From assembly GCF_018350175.1 (NCBI RefSeq), contig NC_058368.1, forward strand, positions 120,964,001 to 121,028,000: DNA of 64,000 nt. The letters are read 5' to 3'. The notes beneath the pieces are model-generated. The model did no database searches and was not told where the DNA came from. It worked only from the letters and a program-made list of their open reading frames with translations. Shown piece by piece: positions 50,481 through 64,000 of this stretch. The stretch is from Felis catus (taxonomy: Eukaryota). The number at the start of each line of letters is the position of its first letter. Position 1 is the stretch's first letter. The translations under genes and the position numbers were made by a program.

Positions 50481-52199
50481 TTTCATGAGTGCTATGAAAC
50501 ACTGTCTTTGAGTGTAGAGATACAAGTTATGTGTGTTAAAAGAATAAAGCAAGACTGGAGGATAATTGCCTACAATAAACATTAAGCAAATAAATATTAA
50601 GTAAACTTAATAAATATTAAGTAAATATTTTTCTCGGAAAAGCAAGAGGCTTGGTATATAAAAAAAGGATGCAAAGCCACTAATTCATAAAGGGAAGAAG
50701 TCCTGTTCTGCATAGAGTAGTATCACTCCATCACCTTGAAGAGAGATCAAAACACTTTAAACTCCTCTGCACCCCTGTCCCCAGAATTATGAGCAAACTC
50801 CTGTGGGCTTTTCTAAGGAAGAATCTAAAAAATGCTGCTTGATTTCTCTGGTCCCCCTGGTCCCTAATATCATCATTCTCTGAAAAATCTTTGGTCATTA
50901 ATTTTCCAAGTTCAGTGGGAGTAGATAGCAGGGAGATGTGTAACTTTTTAAACAAGCCAAACTCTTTTCTGCCTTTGTTCTTTCCCATGAGATAAAAGTA
51001 GAAGTCAGTTGAGCAAAATATACATTTAACCCTGCCTACTCTACCTCCCTCCAAGCCTGATTGTGTGCCCCTCTAGCATCCTGTTTTTACCCTATACAAT
51101 TGCCTCACCAATGCCCCACATACATTTAGACTGTAGGTTCTCTGAGGGTAGGAACCATGTCTGAGTCATTTGTTAAATCCACTACCTAGCTTGATGCCTG
51201 TGTTTAATGGTGGGTCCAATAGGTTGTTTCGAATTAATGTTTATGGTATGCCCATACCATACGACACATACCCATCTCTGCTAACTAGTAGGACACGGTT
51301 ATCTAAAGTATTTTCCCTCACTGCTCACCCCCACCACACACTGCAGCCACAAGAGCTAAATGTGAGGAGGGTCTTCCCCCAACCATTAGGGACAGATTAG
51401 TGACATCCTCCTCATCTGCTCTAGAGACAAAAGTAAAAAAAAGAAATGAAAAGGCTCAATTATAAGTGGAAAAAGCTGTAAACAGGCAGAGTTCATTTAG
51501 GGCTGCTTTGGACATTTTTTTTTAAACATCTAGACAAATTTTTAAATGTACTTGAGGTCCAATTCATGAAATGGGCAGCAGAACATGGGCTCAGAACACC
51601 AATTACTTGCCTATTTGTCTCTCCCAATTCTTTGAGAAAATTCAGTGAGCTAACTCCTAGCATGCCAATATAATAAAGTACCCAACATTTGGGTAAATTA
51701 TAGATTAGCTGCATCAATTGTTCAGCTTTTAAAAAGAATTTTCCAAATAAAAAAGTTTTTTTTTAAATTTTAGTGCATTTTGTTCAATGCCCTACAGTTT
51801 TGAAAAACACATCATAATAGAACTGAAATGGTCTTATGGCATTTTACCCACATTTGGTCTAATTTCCCTAATGTTTTTCCTGTCTGCTCTATTAAAGCAG
51901 GACAAACTGTCACCTTGTGATGAAGACAAAATGAAGTAATAACCGTAGATTTTTTTTAATTGTCACTCAAACCTGGAGGTACTAAATGACAACCAAAGAA
52001 ACAGCCAGGCTTAACTGGGAAGGATGTGTTCTCACTGGTTATGACCATTTCAGAACTGTTATTTCACACGCTGGCTGTGCGACTAGGAGTGCTCTTCTGG
52101 GGGTGGGGGTCTCGGGTCTTCTGGGAGTGCTTTAAAAGGAAAGTGAAGAAGACATGAGGTCAGTCTTAGCTGTGCCATTTGCTTGCTGCATGGTCCTAA

Positions 52200-52440
52200 A
52201 AAGCACATTGTCAGAAAACAATCAGACAAACCCAAACTGAGAGACCTTCTACAAAACAAGTGGCCCAGACTCTTCAAAAATGTCAATGTCGTGTAAGTCA
52301 AGGAAAGGCCAAGGAACTATTCTGAAATAAAGACAACTAAAGAGACATGACAATGAAACTCCATGCATGACCCTGGACCAGAATCCTAGATTAGGAGAAA
52401 GAAAAAATGCTATCAAGAACAATACTAAGGCAAAGGACAA
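52200..52440 (+). mobile_element. L1MC/ME-like 3' fragment
   Basis: atcagacaaacccaaactgagagaccttctacaaaac..ctcttcaaaaatgtcaatgtc. Confidence 0.75.
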
Positions 52441-53329
52441 AACTGTCACTCTTCTGTTTATGTATTTTGTTACCTTTTCAGATTTTCTCCTTCCCGTGAA
52501 AACTCCATAAAGAGAAGAGCATTAAATTTATTTGATTATATATCAGTAGCATTTAAGATACCTTCAATGATGTTTTTGAATGGACAGATGAATGCTTGCA
52601 TGGGATCAGCTCTGCCAATTCAATCATTTTCCACAAATACCAGTATTTCCTAATTCTGTGCTAGGTACTTTCCCATCAATTACTTCTTTTTGTTCTCTTC
52701 AAATAAATCAACTAAGTGACATGGATGCCATAAGCTCCATTTCACAGATTAATGATCAAACAATCTCTCCTGGACCCTAATGTTATTGGCAAAACCAAGA
52801 TTGGAACTAAGTTCTGACTCTCAACGCTGTGTTCTTTCATCACATGGTGCAGTCTCAGGAAAGAAGGCACATTCAGCCGTCCCCTCTGATCCAATGCCTC
52901 TCATCAGTATCCGGAAATCATATGTGTAAAGACTTGACAAGGCTGCATTTTCTTCTCCTGCTTATCTTTGACACAATGCCTTCAGCTGCTGAGGGTGATG
53001 GGAAGGCTTTTAACCCGGTGAATCAATAGCTGATCCCTATCCACCTCCATCACTGGAGTGACATGTGGCAGCCTCAGAGACATCTCAGGTCTTGAAGGCA
53101 TCTTGTTTGTTGCCCTTGAGTCCCACTTTGGCAATTTTCACAACATTAGCTTGTCCTTTGGATGGAAGATGAAACCCTCTGTAATCATTTAGGGCGTGAC
53201 TTCCATCAGCAGAAATGGTGGCTGAATTTTTGTCCTTGCTCCAAGAAAGTAAAATGAAAGCACTGTTATTTTCTAACAACGTCTTTGTCAATTATTTAAG
53301 TTACCTATTAAATTCTTGGTACCACTTTC

Positions 53330-53740
53330 AAGGAGCTTGCAGTCCAGTGGGGGAAATAGGCCATCTAACAGTTAAATGAATACCTTTAAAAGGAAAGCAC
53401 AGGATACCATGGGAAGGGGAGAGAAATCAATAAAGCCTTCCCAAGGAAAATGACACCTGGCTGGCACCTGAAGGATATGTGAGAGTTACCCAGATAAAAG
53501 GGGAGAAGTTCTCAGGGTCCTTAGCAGAAGGAATTCAATGGCCTGAAGGTGACAGTGTAGGTAACACACTGGAAAAACATCTAAGAGCTCCATGTGCTAA
53601 GAGCTTAAAGTGCAAGCTTGGACAGCAAGAGATACAGCTATAAAATCAGGCAGAGCCCTGAGCACTTAGACTTTCTCCTAAGCGTAATAGGAAGCCAGTA
53701 TTAATTCCCCATCAGGATGATCTTCAGGCTCATTTTGAAT
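53330..53740 (-). mobile_element. L2 fragment
   Basis: tcaaggagcttgcagtccagtgggg..cctgaaggata..aataggaagcca. Confidence 0.65.
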
Positions 53741-53776
53741 GATGGTTAGATAATGTGAGTGGACTGTGACTGCTTC

Positions 53777-54400
53777 TGTCAGGGTCTAGTCAGGAAACAA
53801 ACTACACTAGTTATTTTAACAAAGATATCTTCCTGTAAAGAATTACGAGTCAAATGTTGGAAAATACAAAGACCAGAAGGAGATATGGAGGGATCAATGT
53901 CCTAAGTGCAGGAAGCAATGATCGCTTCAAGGGCTGCAGAAGCCAAGAAAGTGGCATTATCAAAACGTGTAAACTGAGAGGAGGGCCACTGGAGATTTCC
54001 TGCCTAACTCTCTGAAGAGGATGCTGCATGGTTGGAAGTTGAGAAGATCCAGCAGAGTTGGGAGTTAGACTTCCCAAAAAAGGCTGGTTGGCAGGTGCAC
54101 ATGTTTCTGAGATGGCACCCTGAGACAGGCTGCTCAGGGTTAGACCAACTACTGGAGCCAACTGCTGCTCCTAGAACTATCACTGGGAAGGTGAGGAAGT
54201 TTGCTGCATTCCATCAACAGGTGAAAGCAAGGCCCTTCTTCCTCCTCCAGCTTCACACATTCTTGACTCCCCTCCCTGACCAGTAGAGCCTCCCAAGAAG
54301 CCATGTGAGGAATGCGGTCAGCAGACTCCCAACCCCAGTATCACAAAGCTGAGCAACATAGACACCTGCTGCTGAGAGACAAGAGCTTACTGACCACCAC
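53777..54400. mobile_element. Ancient LTR-like element (LTR78/79- or MLT1-like)
   Basis: tgtcagggtctagtcaggaaacaaactacactagttattttaacaaaga start typical of old eutherian LTRs. Confidence 0.5.
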
Positions 54401-54729
54401 CTCCAAGATCAGCAACCTTCCGTTTCCAAGGAAAGGGAAGCAAAAGAAGGAAATGGAACTCATCCTGGCAAGCTAACATACAAGGGAAGAATCTGGATGT
54501 TGGAAGAATCATGGCAGCCCTACTTTCAAGTACTGAAAGGGTTCAGTTTAATCAGGCTCAGTGAGAAGCCACATACAGGTGGAGTAAGTTAACTCCCATT
54601 CCCCTTACTTCTAGTTTCCCCTGTGGGCATTCCACCTCTTCTCTCACCTTAGCTCTTAGGGTGAAATACCAGGTTAGCCTAGCAGAGGAGCACGTGACAC
54701 AGACCTGAGCCAGTCAGAATGACACATTC

Positions 54730-55105
<376 letters not shown>

Positions 55106-56229
55106 CCAAAAAAATAGTAAAATACAAAAACATACTAATGTAACACCATTGCCTTCCATCTGTCTCTGCGCTCTTTCTCCATTTGCAGAAAACCTTTTCC
55201 TGTCCTCCTTTTGGATCACAGCACCAGCGGGTAAATGTCTTCGTACAATAGAATACACCACTATTAAACAAAATGAAAATTGTTTAAATTCACTAGTAAG
55301 CAAAGAACTGCAAGTTACAAGGAGAATGATCTCATCTTAAGCTGCCCCTTAAAAAATAATCTTAAAAATGACAATAACCAACTCTAACAAAGTTATGATA
55401 AATCATGTGCATTTGGGTACTGTATATGACTGTGTAAATTGGCATAGCTATTTTGGAAATCACATTGCAATATGGATTAATGTCTAAAAGTGCTCAGTAC
55501 CCTTGACCCAGTAATCTTATGCTCACACATTTATTGTAAGAAAGTAATTGCAGAGACAATGCTCTATCTGGCTTGACAATGCTGATAACTGTAGTTCATT
55601 CATGTCCTATTTGAGGACTTATTACTGAGCTGTGCACCATATTCTACATACAGAATACAGTGTTCTTACCCATTTTAGGGAGCTACATGGTATCTCTGTG
55701 CAAAATAATGAAGCATGGCTTTTCTTTTGGATTTTATACTCATCTTTTTTATCTCTTTTATAGATAACAGTTACTCCTATCTTGCATTCTGAATCTTTTG
55801 CATGTTTACAATTCATTTCTCCAAGAAGACTTGAGGTTCCTTAAAGTACAAGCTCTCATCTTTACAACCATCCAATATTCCAGTCAACAAACATGTAGCA
55901 TGTACCTACTATGTACCACACACGGCACGGTAGCTAGTGCAGAACCGTGCACAGCTGGTGACGAATAAAGAGACTATGACAAATGTCCTTCTGTGAATAT
56001 CCATGCTCAGAAAAGTGGTCAGTAGAGCCAGGACTAATCCCAAGTCAATCAATCCTAACAGAATTCCAAGCAGCTTCAGAAATTTTCTCTGACTCATCAG
56101 TTTCTCCCAGGATGCTAAAAGCTTCACACCAAGGTGGCCTATTGTTGCATATAGTCAGCTGTCCATTTCTGGAGCCCAAGGATAACCAGAATATAGGCTG
56201 CCTGTGTAGGACTTCAGCTTCCCTGGACT

Positions 56230-56610
56230 CCAGCCGCTCTGGGGATTGAAATTTGTTGAATAGTTCATGCTGTTCTCTAACTCTGTGTCTTTAAACATCT
56301 TCCTCTCTGTCTAGGATACCAGGTCCCACCCTGGCTACCTGATGAAGACATTCGTCAAAGCCTAACACCAGTGAGCCCTCCCCTGTGCTATTTGCTCTAA
56401 ACTTCTTCCCTGATGCAGGATAATGTCATTCCTTGCATTTATTATCATTCGTGACAAATATCACATGGTCTCCAATTACTTCTTTATCTGGCTAATGTTT
56501 CCAGAATACCATGAAATCTAGGAGGTTCTCTTTTACCCTTGTATTCCAGCATTTACTATAGTACAGACACAACGTGCTTAATAAATGCTTGTTCGATTAC
56601 TGAATAAATT
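56230..56610 (+). mobile_element. L2 3' fragment
   Basis: Ends gtattccagcattta..gtgcttaataaatgcttgttcga. Confidence 0.6.
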
Positions 56611-57409
56611 TTACAACTGCACTTGAATATTTTTGAAGGCTTTAGTTGTTCGGATAAAACTTTCTATATTTTCCTGTCCAGCCAGTTCCACAAGCTTGTA
56701 TGTATACATACAAGCAAATATAGACATACATGCGCACACACACCCCGAGACCTCAGGCCCATATGCTGTATGTTTTTTAGTATTAGCAAGGGGAGTACTT
56801 GCACCATGCATCAATCACAGGAGTTTGGACTGACACTTCAGGAGGTAAAAATGTTCAGTGTTTTCACCCTAAGCATGACATTTTGTCTAATGATGTTAAT
56901 TTTGCACCATCAACACTTTATACTACCAAAAAAAAAAAAAAGTAAATGCTTGTCAGGTCAACAGTTACAAATGGCTAAGGAGAGATAGATTAATTCCTGC
57001 AACAGTGAGTTTGAATTATCCAGAAGACAAGGATTTAAAAAACAATTTGACGTAGATTAATTAGCTCTGCGTCTCCATAAAGCAAAATCTTCTGTTTGGA
57101 CTGAAAGGCACTTCAATCTGCATGTAGTGTTAAGTATACAGATATGGTTTACTTGACTTGCTCAGTCTTTACCTCAATTTTTATTCTGAATTCTCCGTTA
57201 TTATTTAGGGCTCATCCCATAGTTACAGAATGCCTCCGTGTAGGAACACATTTTCACTTGTATGTGGTTGGTTACCAACCCTATTTTCGTGAGAAGCAAC
57301 CACTGAATACAAGAAAATACAGGCAGACCTCACTTGAAGACATTCACGAGGCAGCTGTCTACTACTCCAGATGTGTAAAAAAGTCTATGTTTCAAAACTG
57401 TTCCCCATA

Positions 57410-57620
57410 GGGGCGCCTGGGTGGCTCACTCAGTTAAGCGTCCCACTTCGGTTCAGGTCATGAACTTGAGGTTTGTGAGTTGAAGCCCCACATCAGGCTC
57501 TGCCGACAGCTCAGAGCCTGGAGCCTGCTTCGGAGTCTGTGTCTGCCTCTCTCTCTGCCCCTCCCCTGCTCATGCTCTGTCTCTCAAAAATAAGTTAATG
57601 TTAAAAAAAAAAATTAAAAA
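57410..57620 (+). mobile_element. Can-SINE
   Basis: Full SINEC structure. Confidence 0.95.
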
Positions 57621-57784
57621 CCTGATCCCTGTAAATTCCTTAAATTACCATATATACTCAAGTTCAACTTTAGATACCAGGTTGAGAAATTAAAGTAAAC
57701 CATCATACAGGTGTGAAAAGATTTGCCATCCAGTTGCTTTATTGTAGAATTGTTCATAGTAGAAAAAAATAGTATAATTCCTAA

Positions 57785-57868
57785 CGTTTTTTAAAAAATA
57801 TTTTTCAAGTTTTTTATATTTTGAGACAGTACTAGTGGAGGAGGGGGAGCGGAAGGGAGAGGGAGAGG

Positions 57869-57920
<52 letters not shown>

Positions 57921-58016
57921 CCTAAGCAGGCCCCATGCTGTCAGCGCAGAGCCTGAAACCATGAGATAACGGCCCAAGCCAAAACCACATTTAACTGACT
58001 GAGTGACCCAGGTGCT
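57785..58016 (-). mobile_element. Can-SINE with expanded (GA)n and internal deletions
   Basis: Reverse SINEC; (GA)~24 at about 57870-57917. Confidence 0.88.
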
Positions 58017-58199
58017 CTCTAACTTTTCTTTTAAATAAAAAAAAAGAGAGTGCTCAAGTACTCAAACACTATTTAGCCTTTCCAAATAATATTGTAAGAG
58101 GATGCAGAACCATTGGGAAGATGTTCTTGATTTAGTGATATGAGAGGAGAAAAAAATAACCCACTCATAAAAGCAATATTTGGAGGCAGCAAAAATTGA

Positions 58200-58420
58200 G
58201 ATTAATAACATGGATGTGGGAGCCTGACTGCCTTGGTTCAAATCCCAGTCTTACTAGTCACTAGCTATAGGACTTCCACCAAGTTATTTAATTTGCTGGT
58301 GCCTCAGTTCCCTCATCTGTATAATGAGGTAATACTAGGACCTACATCACAAGGTGTTGCAAAATACAATTAAGTATAAATAAAACACTTAGAGCTTGTA
58401 ACATAAAAAGTACAACATAA
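58200..58420 (+). mobile_element. MIR
   Basis: gactgccttggttcaaatcccag..gtgcctcagttccctcatctgt. Confidence 0.85.
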
Positions 58421-59106
58421 ACACTGGCTCTTAACCCATTTGCTACTTGATGGCCAGCAGGTGCCTTGTGGAAAGTAAAGAAATGGTAAATATCGCCCAC
58501 AATTAGGACCTAGCTTCGTGTTTGCGTGGTTAGTGTACATTTTTGTCAGGGTTGAAAGATGAGTGACTGGCTCATTTTACAGTATTTGATGTCTCTTGAA
58601 ATACAGGGAAATAATTTATCAATCTATTAAGTTACTTAAGCTCTACCTTTACAAATTTTTCTAATGTATGTAGGATTCGAGCCCAAGAACTCTCCTTTGA
58701 AATTTAGCTGAAGTTTCCTTGGGTGCTCTGGAATGTAGGGACTGTCTTGAATAACGTCATTGAGACCATTCCTTCCCTCATGTGAGTATTTGGCTTAGAA
58801 GAACATATATGGCTCAGTTCTGGCCAGTGGGGCACAAATGTAAGTCTGATAAATGTGGGACTGTTTTGGAAAGGTTTCTTTCGTCTTCCAAGAACTGTGT
58901 ACTCTTATCCGTCCTATCCTTATATTATGGTATGGGGCTGTTTCTCCAGCCCGGCCCCCTTTTAAGCCACGGAAAGCATCCTGATGAATTCTGGCTGGAC
59001 CACGTGAAGTAAGGGAGAGTTCATGAAGCAACTGTGTGAATGAGGGTGGGGTGACCGAGTTTCCAGAGTTGTGGAGAGTATGGGGCTGAGCTTAAAAGAC
59101 AGGTGT

Positions 59107-59270
59107 GGGGGCACCTAAGTGGCTCAGTCGGTTAAGCAACCAATTATTGATTTGACTCAGGTCATTATCTCACAGTTTATTAGTTCAAGCCCCATGTGTG
59201 GCTCTGGGCTGATAGTGTGAAGTCTGCTTGGGATACTGTCTCTCCCTTTCTCTGTCAAAATAATTATTTT
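59107..59270 (+). mobile_element. Can-SINE (older)
   Basis: SINEC head; flanks taaaagacaggtgt / taaagacagtgt. Confidence 0.9.
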
Positions 59271-59674
59271 TTAAAGACAGTGTCCCAGCAACTAAAATGG
59301 GAGGTAGGAAGGGTTTCAAAAATTGCCCTGTTTCCTTAGGGTTGAGGATCTGGGAAGGGATGCCTGTGATGAGACCATGAAAAACTTTGGCCATTGAGCC
59401 AGCCTGAGTTTGATCCCATATTTGCCATTTTCTGGGCCAGTGGCTATGTTGGCTGTTTTTCCAGGCTCAGCTGGGCTATTGGTAAGTGTGTATGTGTAGA
59501 GACATAATATGACATCCAACTTAGGTATGTTAAATACTCCATCCTGTTCCCAGTTTACCCAAATTCTTAGCCTTTCAGGGTGTGAATGTTGGGTATGAAT
59601 AACTTACCTACCTTTGCTCTGCTCTTGTTCTCACCACAGATCCTACCTCCCCCAAGAATATTTCTCCGTCTTCA

Positions 59675-59872
59675 GGGGCGCCTGGGTGGCTCAGTTGGTT
59701 GAGCGTCCGACTTTGGCTCATGTCATGATCTCACAGTTCGTGTGTTCAAGCCCTGCGTCAGGCTCTGTGCTGACAGCTCAGAGCCTGAAGCCTGCTTTGG
59801 ATTCTGTGTCTCCCTCTCTCTCTGCCCTTCCCCCGCTCATGCTCTGTCAAAAATAAACATTAAAAAAAATTA
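59675..59872 (+). mobile_element. Can-SINE
   Basis: Full SINEC; imperfect TSD atttct(cc)gtcttca. Confidence 0.95.
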
Positions 59873-60054
59873 AGATTTCTGTCTTCAAATGGAAGGAAGG
59901 ATCCCGTTATTCTCTATAGGCTTCTATGCACATTCTGTATGATTTTAATGGTAGAATTTTTTATATCCGTGCTTGAATTCTGTATTCAGTACACTACAAA
60001 ACTCCAAGATAATAGGGACATACTTGTTTGATCTCACTTCAAAGTGAAAAATTT

Positions 60055-60145
60055 GGGGCCCCTGGCTGGCTCAGTCAGATGAGCACATGATTCTTCATCT
60101 CAGGGTCATGAGTTTGAGCTCCACGTTGGATATAGAGATGACAAA
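60055..60145 (+). mobile_element. Short tRNA-Lys-derived SINE (SINEC_old-like)
   Basis: ggggcccctggctggctcagtc..tctcagggtcatgagtttgagctccacgttgg. Confidence 0.8.
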
Positions 60146-60701
60146 AGGAAACTATCACTGGTGAGGAGTAATACTAAATAGATTGCTGACATCTGGAATG
60201 TAACCGTTCTGAAAGCAATAGCAATGCCGGGCATGTAGTAGGTTTTGAGTCAAGATTTCTTCAATAAGCAAATACTTGAGTTCTTGTGGATTGTAATTGA
60301 AACTGAGACTTCCTTTAGACTTAAAATGGAGATTTCTATGTTTGAGCATGCAAAGAGGCATGAATGCTATTTTTGTTAATAAAACCCAAAGACCCGAATT
60401 TCTCATTTTTCATTGCTTTGTAAACCCCAACATCTCTAAAACCATCTTTGCATGTAAGGGGCATCAGGAGAATCACAGGTTCGCCTATGTGAACTTAGAA
60501 CTAAAGTAGGCTGCAAATTTTTAGTCATTTTTATTTTGGAGTGTCAGATAACTGGCAGCTGAAATCAAAACAGCTTCAAATGTCACAAAATGTCTTCTTG
60601 TGATTCGTCTGAAGCATTAAATGTATTAAATCTTAAAGGCACAGTGTGCATGTCCCAACTCACTGTGAATTTAAGTGGTTAGAGTGGCAGACTCCAGAGA
60701 C

Positions 60702-60800
60702 TTTAATTTTTTAAGCTTATTTATTTCGAGAGAGAGAGAGAGGGGGGGGGGGAACTGTGAGATCATGGCCTGAGCTAAAACCCAGCGTCCAGGCTTAATC
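60702..60800 (-). mobile_element. Rearranged, internally deleted Can-SINE
   Basis: ttatttatttcgagagagag..G10..aactgtgagatcatggcctgagctaaaac. Confidence 0.75.
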
Positions 60801-61525
60801 CAGAGTCCCCCAAGAGTCCAAGAGTCTGGGGGCCTTAATCCCCCAAGAGTCTTTTCTTATTTAAAAAGAACGCAATTAGGACAATTTTCCTCAAATTCTC
60901 AAATTAGTTTTTCAGATGACATCATGGTTAGGAGCAGGGGGTCAAGAGAATTCACCTGTAAAGGGCCAAATTAGTATTGTGACTCTAAGGTTTTATACTT
61001 GGTCAAGTTCAGCATCCCTAGCTCACAGCCTGGGACCGAGCATATACACAGTGCTCAGTAACTCTTGGTGGAATTTTGCTTGTATATTATGTTTTGGTTC
61101 CTACCCCACCCCCACCCCAACCAATGCAGAAGGTAAAATAAATGACTGCAAGAGCTTTTGTGTATTCTCACATAGTTGATACTTAAAATATTTAAGTGAA
61201 TAAATGAGTGACTTTTCTGAATGCCAATAGCGATAGTTGATGCCAGGAAACAAAACATTAAACAAAACCACTCTTACTTGATATCAAGTAAAATCTGCAG
61301 ATGTTTCATATTATAATAGGCCAGTTTTAAAAAAATGTGATTTTTAACTCAAAGTTATGAGCCTTTAAAGTTACAAAAAATGTGGTATCTTTATTCTAGA
61401 ACAGTTAAAAAAATGCCCTTAAACACCAATGAGTTAATAATGGCTATTATTTGGGGGCATATTCTGCAAAGTTTTTTTCTCGAGTGTAATATACTAATAT
61501 ATTGTATTTAAAAACAAACATTGTA

Positions 61526-61728
61526 GAGGCACCTAGGTGGCTCAGTCAGTTAATCATCAACTCTTGGTTTCGGTTCAGGTCATCAAGTTGCAGTTTGAGA
61601 GTTCGAAGCCCTCATCAGGTTCCTTATGGACAGTGCAGAGCCTGAGGGATTCTCTCTGCTCCACTCGCTCACTCTATCATTCCCTCTCAAAATAAACTTA
61701 AAAATTTTTATTCGATTAAAAAAACAAA
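61526..61728 (+). mobile_element. Can-SINE (older)
   Basis: SINEC head and tail. Confidence 0.88.
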
Positions 61729-61759
61729 GATCTACTGTAAAGTCACTCAACATTCATGT

Positions 61760-61890
61760 CCTAGGGCCTATTCCAAATGCAAAGTTTCAGGCCCCACCCT
61801 CACACCGGCGGATTCAGAATCTGCATTTTGAAAACCACCAGGTGAGTCACGGGCCCAATAAATTCAATGCCCTAAGAAACTGATTCTTCA
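61760..61890. mobile_element. MER5-like hAT-Charlie fragment
   Basis: caggccccaccc..tcagaatctgcatttt..ccaggtga. Confidence 0.6.
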
Positions 61891-61914
61891 GATTAGAAGG
61901 AAGGAAACAACCTA

Positions 61915-62100
61915 TACTAAGTGCCTGTGGGCCAAGCATTGTGCCACTGGAATAGGATTATGTTTCTTTTAATCACACAATGATCCCAGTTTCATACCCA
62001 CTATACCCATATATTAATATATAGGTGAGGAACCTGAGACTCAAGGAAATACCTTGCCCACAATCCACAGCCCGTTAGGGGGAGGGCCAGGATTGGACCC
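61915..62100 (-). mobile_element. MIR
   Basis: ggtgaggaacctgagactcaagg..cttgcccacaatccacag. Confidence 0.7.
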
Positions 62101-64000
62101 CAAGGACCCCAACACCTCTCGATCTGCCCTTCCTGCATTCATGTGGGGAGCTCAAAGGAGGTGGAGAACCAGAGTCAACGTGGAAGATGGTTCAGGAGAC
62201 CTTTAGGAATGGAGCTTACAACTGATGTCAGAAACAGAGTCATTTCTATTTTATACATTCAAGCTTTTAATAGGCTACATTAGGGCACAAGAGATGTGGG
62301 ACCCATAATGTTGTCTGTCAGAAATTACATTTATTTAACCTCTTTTAATTAAGGATGTGTGGCATCCTTAGGAGGTTTGCCCAAAAAATGCTGAAATGGC
62401 AGCTTTGGAATCGTCACGTTCCTCATCTGTAATAAAAGTGCACACAGAAATTAGTCTCAGGGCAACTGCTAAGCCCTCAGTCAGCTAAAAAGCAATGGAG
62501 GCTCTGAATCAACACTGAGAAATGTCCATCTTTTCAAAACAAGGAAAGACTTAACTATATTCAAATCAAGTCAGAAAAAAAAATAGGACTTTCAGGATGG
62601 TTTTTATCAGATGTTGTCAGATTCCAGTAAGGGATAACCCAAAATGCACAGAAGGGGTGGAAAAGGCCATTGGAGACCAGCAGAATACAGACAGCATGCA
62701 CTCTATACATCTTTGTTCTGTTCCAGGTTTTATTCCTTTCACCTCAAAAGGGACTTGGCACATAGTCAACATTCAGTCAACTGTTAACCAATAAATGATT
62801 ATTAAATATATCCAGCATGGTTCCAGGAAAAGGGGTGTCTGCGAACAATTCTGGGGGTCATGGGTGGCTAGGGCGGGCTTGTAGCAGCAGTTCCCCACCA
62901 GCTCCCCACCAGCTCCCTTCCATCCAGACCATGCCCTGTGGTATGTACCTGGCTTGTAATGAATATCTGCCTTCAAGAGTCTCCTCACTACCAAGTCCAC
63001 AAAAGGTTGGAAACCCTTGATACAATAAAACAAGATGCATCAAGAAAGAAAAGGATCTTAACTCTTACTGTTAGCTGGGGAACCTTGAGCAAGTCCCTTC
63101 CCTTCCCTGGGCCCCAGTTTCACCCTTCACAGAATAGTTCGAGTTTAGTTCCATTATCTTGAAAGGTCCTTCCAGTTCTAGCATAGTTTTAGTTCATCAT
63201 TTTAATTATCATCCAAGTTCATTTTTTCTTTCTTCTTCATATTTGTCTCATTTGCTTCATTTTCTTTACAACAAGCCTTTATTTTTTTGTAGGAAGACGT
63301 ATTTTCAAAGACATATAAATTAAACTAAAAAAATCCCTCCCAAGTATGCCCTGCATTTGCATTGCTTTTAACCAAAGCTAGCGGAGATGTTTTTCCACGT
63401 TCTCGCCTGGGGAGAACAGAATTTAAAGTCATGCTGTAGGGAGAGCTGGAGCCTTCAAAAGCAAGTAATGCTTAATCTGTTCTATTTCTGAAGCACAAAA
63501 TAAAACCAAACAAAAAAGAGAAATAAGCTACCGCTTCGCCAGTGCCAAGTTCCCTCATGCATAAATAGAGATCCATCCAGAAAAACAGCCTTCTCAGTCG
63601 GGTGGGACAAATCCTTGTGTGCTTTTGTGGAAAATTCCCCATACTGGCATCAAGGACATGGTCTACAGCTGCTGCCAGGTATGTGCAGAAAACCACCACA
63701 CAAGTTTGGAGATGCCATGCTCTCTGCCAGGGCAAGTGAAAGAAAAAGCTTCCCCATCCCTTGATCCCAAGGAGTAAGGACAGCTGACAGTTCCTGAGCC
63801 GACTCCAAGACCATACTGAGAAAACCCTGTTTGTCAGAGGTCTGATTTTAGACCTTGAGTCTCCATTTTTGGTGTGTGCTTTTTACTGGCCCACCAATGC
63901 CCTCTCTAACCTCATTCTGCCCACAATGAATTTGAGCGCTTAGTGCTGCTTCCTCATGGACTTAGGGCTGTCCTCTCTCCTTTTTCCTAATACCTCATGA

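Noticed and set aside
57410..58016. Close tail-to-tail SINE pair as a strong hairpin
   Set aside because: The second copy is diverged and internally deleted, so pairing would be limited

Overview
Repeat-rich, AT-rich, non-coding mammalian DNA, almost certainly from a felid. About 20 tRNA-Lys-derived Can-SINEs are present, three of them young, CpG-intact SINEC_Fc-type copies with perfect target-site duplications (TSDs). The window also holds carnivore L1 fragments, older L1M, L2, MIR, MaLR (MLT1) LTRs, hAT-Charlie fossils and microsatellites. I found no host protein-coding gene, structural RNA gene, CpG island or novel biological system. The listed ORFs are L1 remnants, SINE or microsatellite read-throughs, or chance ORFs. 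The most notable items are: two L1 copies that keep their 5' ends but have multi-kb internal deletions (one joins ORF1 in frame to late ORF2); templated-insertion repair scars; a perfect 104-bp microsatellite palindrome; a young inverted SINE pair; and a few motif-dense unique stretches that could be enhancers. Repeat subfamily names come from recalled consensus similarity, and boundaries of old repeats are approximate.
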